The position numbers were made by a program, and so were the translations under genes. A stretch of 32,000 bases of DNA from Chitinophagaceae bacterium (GTDB lineage: Bacteria; Bacteroidota; Bacteroidia; Chitinophagales; Chitinophagaceae), in assembly GCA_044227095.1 (NCBI GenBank), contig JBGAFV010000001.1, positions 3,236,296-3,268,295 of the forward strand, read 5' to 3'. Every line of letters starts with the position of its first letter. Position 1 is the stretch's first letter. Below the pieces are notes generated by a model. It did no database searches. It was not told the origin of the DNA and saw only the letters and a list, made by a program, of their open reading frames with translations. Below, in pieces: positions 1-10,142 of this stretch.

Positions 1-31
1 GCAAGCTGATCTAAATTATATCCGTGTATCT

Positions 32-913
32 ATGAAAATGACCAATCGCTCTCCATTGTGGAGAATTGCTGCAGCCTTTGCAACTTTTTATATCATTACA
101 GCAAGTTGCGAATACCCGTCTACCGCTTCGGCTGCCGAGAAAAATGTTCCATTAAAAACAAGTACCTCAACTTTAGCAAAAGATGCTCCATTAACTGTTG
201 CAAAAGAACCTGCAAGTGCCAGTATTGTACTGACCAGGAAACAGGTGCCTATTTTATGTTACCATCAAATCAGAAACTGGAAGGCAACAGATTCTAAACA
301 AGCTAAAGATTATATTGTACCTGTAGATGCTTTTGAAGCGCAGATAAAAATGCTGGCAGACAGTGGCTATCATACCATTTCTGCAGATCAATTGTATGAT
401 TATCTTAACCACGGTACCGAATTGCCGTCAAAACCTGTAATGCTAACTTTCGATGATACAGATTTGCCGCAATACACCATTGCAAAACCTGTAATGGAAA
501 AGTATGGGTTTAAAGGAATGTTTTTTATAATGACTGTTTCTTTAGGCCGGCCCAATTACATGAGCAAGGAACAAGTAAAACAGTTATCTGATGCGGGCAA
601 TGAAATAGGCTCTCATACATGGGATCATAAATGCGTGAAAAAATTTACAGACGCAGACTGGGCTATACAGATAGACAAACCAACCAAAACGCTTGAAGGC
701 ATTACGGGCAAACCGGTAAAATATTTCGCTTATCCTTTTGGAATTATGAACAGTGCGGTTATACCTGGTTTAAAAAAACACGGATTTACTGCGGCCTTTC
801 AATTGTCTGCAAAACGTGATGAAGCTGATCCGCTTTACAGCATACGCAGAATGATTGTACCAGGTGCATGGACACCCGCTGCGCTCAATGCTTACATGAA
901 GCATACATTTTAA
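32..913 (+). CDS. Polysaccharide deacetylase family protein (NodB homology domain, CE4-like), secreted
   Basis: 293-aa ORF with a hydrophobic N-terminal signal-like segment. NodB-type motifs LTFDDT and HTWDH are present. A hairpin terminator follows. Confidence 0.85.
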   Translation: MKMTNRSPLWRIAAAFATFYIITASCEYPSTASAAEKNVPLKTSTSTLAKDAPLTVAKEPASASIVLTRKQVPILCYHQIRNWKATDSKQAKDYIVPVDAFEAQIKMLADSGYHTISADQLYDYLNHGTELPSKPVMLTFDDTDLPQYTIAKPVMEKYGFKGMFFIMTVSLGRPNYMSKEQVKQLSDAGNEIGSHTWDHKCVKKFTDADWAIQIDKPTKTLEGITGKPVKYFAYPFGIMNSAVIPGLKKHGFTAAFQLSAKRDEADPLYSIRRMIVPGAWTPAALNAYMKHTF

Positions 914-956
914 TGCAGTATAGATTTTAATCCCAGGATTGCTTGCCATAAAAAAA

Positions 957-974
957 GGCCACCGCAAGGTGGCC
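957..974. terminator. Bidirectional intrinsic terminator hairpin between convergent genes
   Basis: GGCCACC-GCAA-GGTGGCC perfect 7-bp stem. It is preceded by AAAAAA on the + strand, which reads as a T-run after the hairpin for the minus-strand csp gene. On the + strand it is followed by TTGT. Confidence 0.6.
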
Positions 975-1000
975 TTGTAAACTTGTTTAAATAAAGGGAG

Positions 1001-1201
1001 TTAGATCTTTTTAACGTTCACCGCGTTCATTCCTTTCTTTCCTTCTTGTAAATCAAATTCTACTTTATCACCTTCAGTGATCTGATCGATAAGACCGCTG
1101 GCGTGAACAAAGGTTTCCTTGTTGGAATCATCGTGTTTAATAAAACCGAATCCTTTTTCACCATTGAAAAATTTTACGGTTCCTTTTGTTTTTGTACTCA
1201 T
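1001..1201 (-). CDS. Cold-shock protein, CspA family
   Basis: 66-aa product starting at the internal ATG (1199..1201): MSTKTKGTVKFFNGEKGFGFIKHDD...ETFVHAS, with RNP1-like KGFGFI and RNP2-like FVH motifs. The 37-aa N-terminal extension in the ORF track has no cold-shock homology. Confidence 0.9.
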   Translation of the reverse strand: MSTKTKGTVKFFNGEKGFGFIKHDDSNKETFVHASGLIDQITEGDKVEFDLQEGKKGMNAVNVKKI

Positions 1202-1232
1202 TGTAATGTGTGTTGATAATATAATTAGTGGA

Positions 1233-1264
1233 CAAATATACGGTTGATTTCTTAGATAAAGCAA
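1233..1264 (-). promoter_or_regulatory. Candidate Bacteroidota-type promoter for the csp gene (-33 TTG, -7 TAnnTTTG)
   Basis: The minus strand reads TTG-N21-TATATTTG, and the -7 box ends 32 nt upstream of the csp ATG. This matches the Bacteroidetes sigma-A consensus TTG/TAnnTTTG. Confidence 0.35.
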
Positions 1265-1317
1265 AAACCACCCCATCAAATAGCCGCCCGGTGCCAGTTT
1301 TAACCTAAACACAGGGT

Positions 1318-2103
1318 CTAAGCGGTTCCCATAACACCTTCTTTTTTTAATTCACCCATTAGTTTTTCATTGATTAGCAGCCTTCCATCTTCAAAACCAT
1401 GTGCAGGTATCCATGTGTTAATGATAACAGAGTAATTGTCTGCATCCAGTTTTGAAACGCCAATCCGTAATGCCGGTTCTTTAAGAATATTGGTAAGCGA
1501 AGAAAATACCCTTGTTATAATCTCTTTAATTTTTTCGTACTCATTGCTGTATTTAAATTTCAACTCAATGTCTACACGACGTTTACCCTGCCGGCTAAGG
1601 TTAAGAATAACTTCGTTAGACAATTTGCTGTTTGGTACAATTACAGTTTTATTGTCGAAAGTTAAAATAACGGTATAAAACAGTTGTATAGACGAAACTG
1701 TTCCTTCCTGGCTTTGGGTAATAATATTGTCACCTACTTTATAAGGGCGTAGCAATAATATAAGCACACCGCTTGCAAAGTTTTGTAATGTTCCTGAAAG
1801 TGCAAGTCCTGCTGCTACACTAAACCCTGCAATCAATGTTGCAAATAATGTCATGCCTATGCCAAGTACCTGCATCAGTAACATGATTAATAATACTTGC
1901 AGGATAACTGCCATCAGGTTTGCAAGAAATGTTTTAACAGATGCATTGATGTTTCTTGTATCAAGCACTTTTTTTAACCAACGGTTAATCAGCTTCAGTA
2001 CCCATTGCCCTATAATTAGTATGATGATTGCTACCAAAAGCCTGGGCCCAAATGTAATAAGCCAATGAAAAGCCTGGTCGTAAAACTTCTGTAAATAACT
2101 CAT
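1318..2103 (-). CDS. Mechanosensitive ion channel family protein (MscS-like)
   Basis: 261 aa. Three N-terminal TM helices are followed by the MscS beta-domain signature ...YKVGDNIITQSQEGTVSSIQLFYTVILTFDNKTVIVPNSKLSNEVILNLS. Confidence 0.85.
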   Translation of the reverse strand: MSYLQKFYDQAFHWLITFGPRLLVAIIILIIGQWVLKLINRWLKKVLDTRNINASVKTFLANLMAVILQVLLIMLLMQVLGIGMTLFATLIAGFSVAAGLALSGTLQNFASGVLILLLRPYKVGDNIITQSQEGTVSSIQLFYTVILTFDNKTVIVPNSKLSNEVILNLSRQGKRRVDIELKFKYSNEYEKIKEIITRVFSSLTNILKEPALRIGVSKLDADNYSVIINTWIPAHGFEDGRLLINEKLMGELKKEGVMGTA

Positions 2104-2113
2104 GTATTAACTA

Positions 2114-2596
2114 TTAATCTCTTTGGCTGTAATTATTATTTTCCTCATCTTCTTCGCCAGTGTCTTCATCTTCATCATCAAGTTCTGAGCCTGGAACATC
2201 AAGATCTTCACCAAATTTATCGGTGCTTATGCTTTTTTCATTTAGCAGATCTCCATCATTGTCTCGTTCATCAAGTGCCATTCTTTTCATATCATTACTT
2301 TCTTCGCTTGGCTGGTGGCCTGCACTTTTTTTCAGTAATTTTTTTTCTATTGAAGAGACATTGGAATTATTATCCGATACGCCATCATTATCATTATTTA
2401 AATCATCCAGTATGCCTTCGCCTTCTTCATCTGCAGATGAGATGGTGGTATCTTCCATTTCTTTCATGCGCGGAGGTGTTATATTTTCCTGGCCGGGTAT
2501 ATCTTTTACTTCGGGCATATTTATAATAATACTTTCAGGCTGCAATTTTTCTTCATCTTTCAAATTATCCTGTGCCCATTTGTTGCTCTTTTTCAT
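2114..2596 (-). CDS. Hypothetical highly acidic, low-complexity (probably disordered) protein
   Basis: 160-aa ORF rich in D, E, N and S with no hydrophobic core. It ends 10 nt upstream of the MscS gene on the same strand. Coding is supported only by ORF length and operon position. Confidence 0.5.
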   Translation of the reverse strand: MKKSNKWAQDNLKDEEKLQPESIIINMPEVKDIPGQENITPPRMKEMEDTTISSADEEGEGILDDLNNDNDGVSDNNSNVSSIEKKLLKKSAGHQPSEESNDMKRMALDERDNDGDLLNEKSISTDKFGEDLDVPGSELDDEDEDTGEEDEENNNYSQRD

Positions 2597-2935
2597 AATT
2601 TATATTTTAATAGATAATACAATCACAGGTTTAAAAATTATGCCAGAGAAAATTTGCAAGAAATTATATGTTTCATTCATAATTAAATGCGGTTTGCCAC
2701 AGAAGCACACTTAAAAATGATTGTTTCCTGCCAAAAAGCAAATTAATGATGATGAGTGCGCAGCAAACATCGTGGAAATAAATCCTCATGGTAGCATATC
2801 GCCACAATAATTACCATGCTTTTCTATTGCCAGGAAGTAGTCTCAAATCAATTGTTTGTACAATTATATTATGTAATTTCCGTTGTACTTTTAAACGAAA
2901 AACAGCTTCAGTCCGATAACAAAGTTTTTACAATC

Positions 2936-4936
2936 ATGGAAAAACCCTCTTGGCCCTTTGCCTGCTTATTTCTCAACCCCACATTTTCTTTTTTTAAAAA
3001 ACACCTTCCTGGCAACTGTTTACTGTTGGTTATCCTCCTTTTTTCTTACTGTGCAAATGCGCAGGTGAGGGTAAATGATGAAGACGCAGCAAATGCTGCT
3101 TCTATGGCCAGGAAATACCAGGCTGATGATGTAATGTGTACTTCGTCCCATCATTATTTCAGTTTTGACAAAGGAAAAAATGCCCTAAACGATAAAGTAG
3201 TTGTAATTGATGAGGAAGCAGAACTGGAGTTTATTTCCCTGAAAAAATTTGCTTCTGTAACCTACCCGGAGTTTTACAACAAATTCATAGAAATAAAAAG
3301 CTTTAAGAAAGCACTTAAAGTGGGTAACAAATATGCTGTTTCAAGAATGCCTCCGATGGACAGGTCTGTTACCAGCGATGGTATTTTTTTTGATGACAGT
3401 CGTGTACAGTATTATCCTATCCGCTTTTCTGAAAAAGGAAGCATGGCAAGGATTAATGTAAAAAAAGAATATACAGACGGGCGCAACCTTACCCGTTTAT
3501 TTTTTGCTGAACCATATCCTGTAAAAGAGCAGGTATACGAATTTAAAGTGCCGGAGTGGCTTACAGTAGATTTTAAACCAATCAACTTTGAAGGGTATAA
3601 AATTGACAAAGAGGAAAACAAAAAAGGTGGTTATGTTACGTATGTTTTTACAATGCGTGATATACCAGCTACCCGCCAGGAATATAGAAGCATTGGGCAT
3701 GCCTATACCGATCCGCATATTATTATCCAGATAAAATCTTTTGAAAGTAAAGGAGAAACTTTAAAAGGGTTTGACAAGACAGATGATATTTATGCATGGA
3801 ATAACCGTTTGTATGGAATGGCGGGTAATAAAAAAGAATCTTTGCAACCCGCACTTGCAAAAATTACACAAGGCAAAACAACAGATCTCGATAAAATAAA
3901 AGCTATTTATTATTGGGTGCAGGATAATATAAGGTACATAGCCTATGAAGATGGCTATTCTGGGTATATACCTGCTGCTGCACAAGATGTACTTGCAAAA
4001 AAGTTTGGCGATTGTAAAGGCATGGCCAACCTGCTTACAGAATTTCTTACAATGGCTGGTTACGATGCTCATTTTACATGGATAGGTACACGTTCAATAC
4101 CATACAAACAATCTATGCCTGCACTTTGCGTAAACAATCACGCTATTACCACACTTTATTTCCAGGGTAAAGAATATTTCCTTGATGGCACTGAGAATTA
4201 TGCACCATTTGGAGAAAATGCATATCGCATACAGGGCAAAGAAGCCATGATTGCCAAAGGCGATAAATATGATATTAAAACAGTACCGCTTACTACTGGC
4301 AACGATCATAAAATATTTTCAAAAGCAGATTTTGTTTTAACCAACGATGTGTTATCGGGTAAAATAAAAGTGGTGTTAACTGGAAATGAAAGAAAAGATT
4401 TTCACCAGGAATACCAGGATTTACCCATCAGTTCACAAAAAGAATACCTGAACGATTACCTGGAATTTGGAAATGATAATATGCAGGCTACTAATGTAAA
4501 GACAAGTGATTTAAAGAACCGGGAAATACCTGTAACAATAGAAGGTGATGTGGATTTAAGCAATTATGTAAATAATATTTCCGGCGATAAATATGTGAGC
4601 ATAGACTTTTTTCCGAAGACACTGGAAAAATTTATGCCAGATGAAAAACGGGTTGGCGGTTACGATTTTGATGATGTTATGACTTTTGAAGACGAAATAT
4701 CGCTTACTATTCCTGCAGGTTCAAAGTTTGTGGATATACCAGAAAAAACAGCATTAAATTATGAAGGATATGAGTTTAGCGGAGAATATACTGTTGCAGG
4801 GAATAAACTAACACTCCACAAAAAAATCGTTATAAAAAATAACATGATTAAGAAGAGTGATTTTGAAAACTGGAAAAAATTTCTTGGTACTATTAAAGAA
4901 TTCAGCGGGTATTTATTAAGCGTTACAAAAAAATAA
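2936..4936 (+). CDS. Secreted DUF3857-like plus transglutaminase-like (Cys-His-Asp core) domain protein
   Basis: Start chosen at ATG 2936, so the hydrophobic signal LLLVILLFSYCANA-Q lies near the N-terminus. Transglutaminase core motifs are FGDCKGMANLLTEFLTMAGYDA (Cys), NNHAIT (His) and YFLDGTE (Asp). Confidence 0.8.
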   Translation: MEKPSWPFACLFLNPTFSFFKKHLPGNCLLLVILLFSYCANAQVRVNDEDAANAASMARKYQADDVMCTSSHHYFSFDKGKNALNDKVVVIDEEAELEFISLKKFASVTYPEFYNKFIEIKSFKKALKVGNKYAVSRMPPMDRSVTSDGIFFDDSRVQYYPIRFSEKGSMARINVKKEYTDGRNLTRLFFAEPYPVKEQVYEFKVPEWLTVDFKPINFEGYKIDKEENKKGGYVTYVFTMRDIPATRQEYRSIGHAYTDPHIIIQIKSFESKGETLKGFDKTDDIYAWNNRLYGMAGNKKESLQPALAKITQGKTTDLDKIKAIYYWVQDNIRYIAYEDGYSGYIPAAAQDVLAKKFGDCKGMANLLTEFLTMAGYDAHFTWIGTRSIPYKQSMPALCVNNHAITTLYFQGKEYFLDGTENYAPFGENAYRIQGKEAMIAKGDKYDIKTVPLTTGNDHKIFSKADFVLTNDVLSGKIKVVLTGNERKDFHQEYQDLPISSQKEYLNDYLEFGNDNMQATNVKTSDLKNREIPVTIEGDVDLSNYVNNISGDKYVSIDFFPKTLEKFMPDEKRVGGYDFDDVMTFEDEISLTIPAGSKFVDIPEKTALNYEGYEFSGEYTVAGNKLTLHKKIVIKNNMIKKSDFENWKKFLGTIKEFSGYLLSVTKK

Positions 4937-4944
4937 TTAGGGGC

Positions 4945-7161
4945 ATGAAAAAATATTTTCAGCAGGTTTTAATGTGTATATGTATTTGTGCAGCATGCAT
5001 GGTGCCTGTTGCTTTAAATGCACAGGATTTTATTGATGAAGATTTTCTTGATAATATTGAAGCAAACGCAAAATTTATGTGGGCCGAACCTGCGGCTGCG
5101 TTTGCAGTTACAACTACCCCGGCAAAATGGAATGATCAATCAGCCGTGGTAATAGGATATAAGCGCAGCATCATGTTCGATAAGAAAAACAGCGGAGGTT
5201 TTTTTAGCGCAAGACAGAAAAATGTGTTCTTCTTTGAAAAAGTAAGGTTTAAAATACAACTGCACGATAAAAATGCTGTTCAGGCTTTTTCTGAAATTTA
5301 TTTCCGTTACAGTGCAAAAGAAGATGGGTTTACTGCAAGAATTATAAAACCGGGAGGGGAAACAAATGCAGTTGATCTGAAAGAAGCAATAGAACTGGAA
5401 CGTGCAAGCGATATCCCTGAATTTTTTAAAAGTTTTTTTGATCAGACTTCAGGCGCACAATCTCGTTATTACAAAGTAGCAATACCCAATCTTGAACCGG
5501 GCGATATTCTTGAATACGCATCTTATACAAAAAGCAAGCTGGATGTACGTGGTTCAGGGTTTGTTGAGTTTGATCCGCAATATGAAATTTGCAGCAAGGG
5601 TTATCCGCTTATGTATAATGAGATTGATATTGAAACAGACGAAAAATCTTTTTTCAAATCATTGTCATTAAACGGTGCGCCAGAGTTTAAAAAAGAAAAT
5701 GGCGATGATAAGGATTTCTATCGTTATGTTTTTACAGACAGGGACAGGGATGTAGAAAAAGATGTAAACTTTGTAAGTAAGCTGTTGGTTTATCCCGTTG
5801 TAAAATTCCAGGTAATTTATGCCAATAGCGAAAACGTAAAAGGTTTGCTAATAGGCGGCAAGGGGGAATTGAAAAATGGGTTTAATAAGGAAGAACTTGC
5901 TTTACGTGCTTATGAAACTTATGCTGATGCAGGCGCCAATTGGTCAGATCCTAATGGGGCATATGCGCTTTATTATTCCTGCTCAGAAGAATTGAAAAAG
6001 CTTGGCGCAAAAGACTGGCAGGAACAGGAATTTATAAAACGGGCCTATTACATGATTAGGGATAAAGTTGTTTTTCGCAGCACTTATTTGCCTGACAGGT
6101 GGTTTGCCTTCGCATTCTCATTATTGCTTACACGGCACGATATAAAAAATGAACTGGTTATAAGCAGTACTAATACGGTTGGTAAATTAAAAGACATTTT
6201 ATTTGATGATGAGATAAGGTATGCGGTTAAAGTGAATGATAAGCTTTATTTCAATTGTACGGATCATTCATTGCCGGGAGAGTTGATACAATCCTTATTG
6301 GGCAATGATGCATATATTGTAAGCGAGCCTGATAAAAAGAAACGTACACAAACGATAACTGATTTTAAACTGCCAAATGCTACAGCAGCAGATAATACGG
6401 TTAACTATACCATTAATTCCTCTTTGAGCGCAGATTATAATAATGTAGTAGTTGCAAGAACCAGCAATTATACCGGGTTGCTAAAAACCAGTTATATAAG
6501 CAATGCAATGCGGCTTACAACTTATATGGTTGATGATTATAAAAGTTATGGTGGCAACCCGCCAACTGAAAAAATGAAGGCACGGGAGCAGGAAGAATAT
6601 GAGAAATCTGTAAAAGCCATCAAAGAAGAATTTAAAAAAGCAAAACCTGATTTTGTGAAAGGGGAACTTGAAAAAGAGTTTCATCAAAAAGTAAAATTTA
6701 CCGATTTTAAAATTATCAGCGATGGGCGTACTGATAAAAAGAAAGATCTTATTTACACCGAAGAATTTGAACTGCCCGGACAGGTACGAAAAGCCGGGAA
6801 AAAATACCTGGTAAACCTAACTGGGTTAATGGGCCCTCAATTGCAGGTAAAGAAAGATGAACGGGAAAGGAAATACGATATTAATGTAGGTTATCCCAGA
6901 ACTATAAGCTGGACAATTAATTTTAAAGTTCCGGATGGCTATACAGCTTCTGGCATTACAGAATTAAATACCAATGTAGAAAATGAAACGGGCAAGTATA
7001 GTTGTGAAGCAAGTCAGGATGCAAACGGCGTTGTGTTGAAAATTACAAAAGTGTACAAGAATGCAAACATTTCAAAAGACAAATGGAAAGACATGCTTGC
7101 TTTTATAGATGCAGCTTACAATAATTCTTACAAATACATTTTATTAAAACCAAAAGGGTAA
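4945..7161 (+). CDS. Secreted DUF3857/DUF3858-like protein, partner of the upstream transglutaminase-like protein
   Basis: 738-aa ORF starting 8 nt after the upstream gene. Signal peptide is ...CMVPVALNA-QD. Size and architecture resemble the neighbour, but no catalytic Cys is seen at the aligned position (PDRWFAFAFSLLLT). Confidence 0.65.
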   Translation: MKKYFQQVLMCICICAACMVPVALNAQDFIDEDFLDNIEANAKFMWAEPAAAFAVTTTPAKWNDQSAVVIGYKRSIMFDKKNSGGFFSARQKNVFFFEKVRFKIQLHDKNAVQAFSEIYFRYSAKEDGFTARIIKPGGETNAVDLKEAIELERASDIPEFFKSFFDQTSGAQSRYYKVAIPNLEPGDILEYASYTKSKLDVRGSGFVEFDPQYEICSKGYPLMYNEIDIETDEKSFFKSLSLNGAPEFKKENGDDKDFYRYVFTDRDRDVEKDVNFVSKLLVYPVVKFQVIYANSENVKGLLIGGKGELKNGFNKEELALRAYETYADAGANWSDPNGAYALYYSCSEELKKLGAKDWQEQEFIKRAYYMIRDKVVFRSTYLPDRWFAFAFSLLLTRHDIKNELVISSTNTVGKLKDILFDDEIRYAVKVNDKLYFNCTDHSLPGELIQSLLGNDAYIVSEPDKKKRTQTITDFKLPNATAADNTVNYTINSSLSADYNNVVVARTSNYTGLLKTSYISNAMRLTTYMVDDYKSYGGNPPTEKMKAREQEEYEKSVKAIKEEFKKAKPDFVKGELEKEFHQKVKFTDFKIISDGRTDKKKDLIYTEEFELPGQVRKAGKKYLVNLTGLMGPQLQVKKDERERKYDINVGYPRTISWTINFKVPDGYTASGITELNTNVENETGKYSCEASQDANGVVLKITKVYKNANISKDKWKDMLAFIDAAYNNSYKYILLKPKG

Positions 7162-7209
7162 GGCGGGGAATTGCTGATTTTGACATTTTTTAGTTTATGC
7201 AACTAAAAT

Positions 7210-7244
7210 AAAAACGTCACTGAAATTATCTCAGTGACGTTTTT
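7210..7244. terminator. Bidirectional intrinsic terminator between convergent genes
   Basis: AAAAACGTCACTGA-aattatc-TCAGTGACGTTTTT: a 14-bp perfect stem flanked by an A-run and a T-run, so it can work on both strands. Confidence 0.7.
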
Positions 7245-7277
7245 ATTTTGAATGATTTTTTAAATCAATTCTATGGC

Positions 7278-10142
7278 TTAACTCATATAACTTTCTACAG
7301 GCTCGCAGGTGCAAATAAGATTTCTGTCGCCGTGTGTATTATTAATTCTTGCAACGCTTGGCCAGAATTTATTTTTTACAACATAGGCTAATGGAAAAGC
7401 AGCATCTTCTCTTGAGTAAGGATGGTTCCATTCTGTACTGCAAATGGTCCATTGCGTATGCGGGGCATTCTTTAAAACGTTGTTTGTTTTATCTGCCTTA
7501 CCGCTTTCAATAGCTTTTATTTCTTCGTATATGCTAATCATGGCATCACAAAAACGATCCAGCTCAGCTTTGTCTTCGCTTTCTGTTGGTTCAATCATTA
7601 TAGTGCCGGGAACCGGAAAACTCATTGTTGGTGCATGAAAGCCGTAATCAATTAAACGTTTGGCCACATCTTCTGCTTCAATGCCTGCGCTGGTTTTAAA
7701 CGGACGAAGGTCTACAATAAACTCGTGTGCGCAAGTACCACCTTTGCCAAGGTATAGGATTGGATAATATTTTTCCAGCCTTGCACGCATATAGTTTGCA
7801 TTAAGGATTGCATATTCTGTAGAACGCTTCATGCCTTCTGCGCCAAGCATTTTTATGTATGCATAACTAATAAGAAGGATAGAAGCAGAACCATAATTAG
7901 CTGCGGATACTGCACCTGTTTCATTAACTGATACATGGCCGGGCAGGTAAGGTTTTAATTTATCATTTACGCAAATAGGGCCCATGCCGGGGCCACCGCC
8001 GCCATGTGGTATTGCAAATGTTTTGTGCAGGTTAAGGTGACAAACATCTGCGCCAATCATACCGGGAGATGTAAGTCCAACCTGCGCATTCATATTAGCA
8101 CCGTCCATGTAAACCAATCCTCCGTTAGCATGAACTGTTTCGCAAATTTCAATAATGCTTTCTTCAAATACGCCGTGTGTAGAAGGATAAGTAACCATTA
8201 AAGAAGAAAGGCTGTCTTTATACTGAACAGCTTTTGCTTTAAGATCTGTTACATCAATGTGGCCTTCATCATCACTTTTTACAACTACTACTTTCATGCC
8301 TGCCATTACAGCACTTGCAGGATTGGTACCATGCGCAGAAATAGGAATAAGCACAACATTACGGTGTACATTTCCATTAGCAATATGGTAATTGCGGATA
8401 GCTAGCAAACCTGCATATTCTCCCTGCGCACCACTATTGGGTTGAAGGCTGCAGGCAGTAAAACCGGTTATCTTACATAAATAATCGCTTAGTTCATCTG
8501 TAATCTGTTTGTAACCCAGCGCCTGGTTTGCAGGCACAAATGGATGAAGTCCGCCAAACTCTGGCCAGCTTACAGGAATGAGTTCTGTAGCAGCATTTAA
8601 TTTCATGGTGCAACTGCCCAATGAAATCATAGAAGTATTAAGCGATAAATCTTTGTTTTCTAAAAATTTAAGGTAACGCATCATCTGGCTTTCGCTATGG
8701 TGCGTATTAAAAACGGCCTGCATTAAAAATGGAGTAGTTCTTTTTAATGTTGCAGGAATTGATGAATGCGCATCATCATTATTGAAACTGATAGCTGCAA
8801 TATGTTTGCCGCTGGCAGTTTCAAATACAGAAACTATTTGCAGCAAATCTTTTTGCATGGTAGTTTCATCAATGCTGATGCCAATATAGTTGTCATCAAA
8901 ATAACGGAAATTGATTTGATGCAATTCCGCTACTTCCTTAATTTTTGCTGTATCGGTACATTTTATTTTAAGTGTGTCAAAGTAACTGCTATTTATATTT
9001 TCATAGCCCAGCTCTTTCAATTCGGCTGCCAGTGTGTTTGCGAGCAAAGTAACTCTCTGAGCAATTTTTTTCAATCCTTCTGCGCCATGAAACACGGCGT
9101 ACATTGCCGCCATGTTGGCCAGCAAAGCCTGTGCTGTACAAATATTTGAAGTAGCTTTTTCTCTTTTTATATGCTGTTCTCTTGTTTGCAAGGCCATACG
9201 TAAAGCACGGTTGCCTTTTGCATCTATGCTTACGCCAATTAAGCGGCCGGGAATAGAACGTTTAAAATCATCTTTTGTAGAAAAGAAAGCTGCATGCGGG
9301 CCGCCATAACCCATTGGAACGCCAAAACGTTGTGCAGAACCTACTGCGGCATCTGCGCCTAATTCTCCAGGGGGAGTTAGCAATGTAAGCGCAAGAAGAT
9401 CTGTTGCCATTACCACGTATCCACCCGAGGTATGAATTTTATCAATGAATGAACGATAGTCTTCAACAGAACCATTGTCGTTTGGATATTGAAGCAATGC
9501 GCCGAAAAAAGTATTGTCTATTGCCGCAGTCTTATAATCGCCATAAACTATTTGTATGCCAATTGGTGTGGCCCTTGTAAGCAACACATCTTTTGTTTGC
9601 GGAAATGTTGCGTCGTCTACAAAAAATTTGGGTTGTTTTATTTCATCTGTTTTGTTTACATGATGAAAGAACATTGACATTGCTTCTGCTGCTGCTGTGC
9701 CTTCATCAAGCAAAGAAGCATTTGCTATTGGCAATGCAGTTAAATCTGTTACCAGTGTTTGATAATTGAGCAGGCTTTCAAGACGCCCTTGAGATATCTC
9801 TGCCTGGTAAGGTGTGTATTGTGTATACCAACCCGGATTTTCAAAAATATTGCGAAGTATAACACTAGGTGTAATGGTGCCATAGTAACCCTGACCGATA
9901 TAATTTTTAAAGACTTTGTTTTTTGCTGCTATTGTTTTCAGTTCCTGCAGGTATTCAAACTCACTTTGAGGTGTTGGCCTATCTAATGGTTTTTTAAGGC
10001 GTATAGAAGCAGGAATGGTTTTGCCAATCAGCTCTTCAATATCCTTTACACCTATAACGGGTAACATTTCGCGGGTAGCGGCTTCGTTTACTCCAATATG
10101 TCTTGCCTGAAATTCTGTGGATTGCTGCTCAAAAAGATTCAT
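7278..10142 (-). CDS. gcvP: Glycine dehydrogenase (aminomethyl-transferring/decarboxylating), glycine cleavage system P protein
   Basis: 954-aa single-chain P protein. N-terminus is FxxRHIG (FQARHIGVNE). Motifs YTPYQAEISQGRLE and NLHKTFAIPHGGGGPG (PLP-lysine region) are diagnostic. Confidence 0.97.
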   Translation of the reverse strand: MNLFEQQSTEFQARHIGVNEAATREMLPVIGVKDIEELIGKTIPASIRLKKPLDRPTPQSEFEYLQELKTIAAKNKVFKNYIGQGYYGTITPSVILRNIFENPGWYTQYTPYQAEISQGRLESLLNYQTLVTDLTALPIANASLLDEGTAAAEAMSMFFHHVNKTDEIKQPKFFVDDATFPQTKDVLLTRATPIGIQIVYGDYKTAAIDNTFFGALLQYPNDNGSVEDYRSFIDKIHTSGGYVVMATDLLALTLLTPPGELGADAAVGSAQRFGVPMGYGGPHAAFFSTKDDFKRSIPGRLIGVSIDAKGNRALRMALQTREQHIKREKATSNICTAQALLANMAAMYAVFHGAEGLKKIAQRVTLLANTLAAELKELGYENINSSYFDTLKIKCTDTAKIKEVAELHQINFRYFDDNYIGISIDETTMQKDLLQIVSVFETASGKHIAAISFNNDDAHSSIPATLKRTTPFLMQAVFNTHHSESQMMRYLKFLENKDLSLNTSMISLGSCTMKLNAATELIPVSWPEFGGLHPFVPANQALGYKQITDELSDYLCKITGFTACSLQPNSGAQGEYAGLLAIRNYHIANGNVHRNVVLIPISAHGTNPASAVMAGMKVVVVKSDDEGHIDVTDLKAKAVQYKDSLSSLMVTYPSTHGVFEESIIEICETVHANGGLVYMDGANMNAQVGLTSPGMIGADVCHLNLHKTFAIPHGGGGPGMGPICVNDKLKPYLPGHVSVNETGAVSAANYGSASILLISYAYIKMLGAEGMKRSTEYAILNANYMRARLEKYYPILYLGKGGTCAHEFIVDLRPFKTSAGIEAEDVAKRLIDYGFHAPTMSFPVPGTIMIEPTESEDKAELDRFCDAMISIYEEIKAIESGKADKTNNVLKNAPHTQWTICSTEWNHPYSREDAAFPLAYVVKNKFWPSVARINNTHGDRNLICTCEPVESYMS

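Noticed and set aside
2160-2714. 184-aa Ser-rich ORF on the + strand (also 2275..2526 +)
   Set aside because: It is the antisense shadow of the acidic-protein gene: GAA/GAT-rich codons read as TTC/ATC/TCx on the other strand. It also crosses the divergent promoter region.
2816-2935. N-terminal extensions in the ORF track at 2816, 11588, 13023, 17529, 23256, 23682, 25712 and 28712
   Set aside because: Each extension precedes the signal peptide or the conserved N-terminus. Several start at GTG or TTG, overlap upstream genes or repeats, or lack homology. Internal ATG starts give canonical N-termini.
7444-9986. Several 60-130-aa + strand ORFs inside gcvP (for example 8766..9149)
   Set aside because: They are antisense to a very well-supported 954-aa gene, and none shows a recognisable motif.
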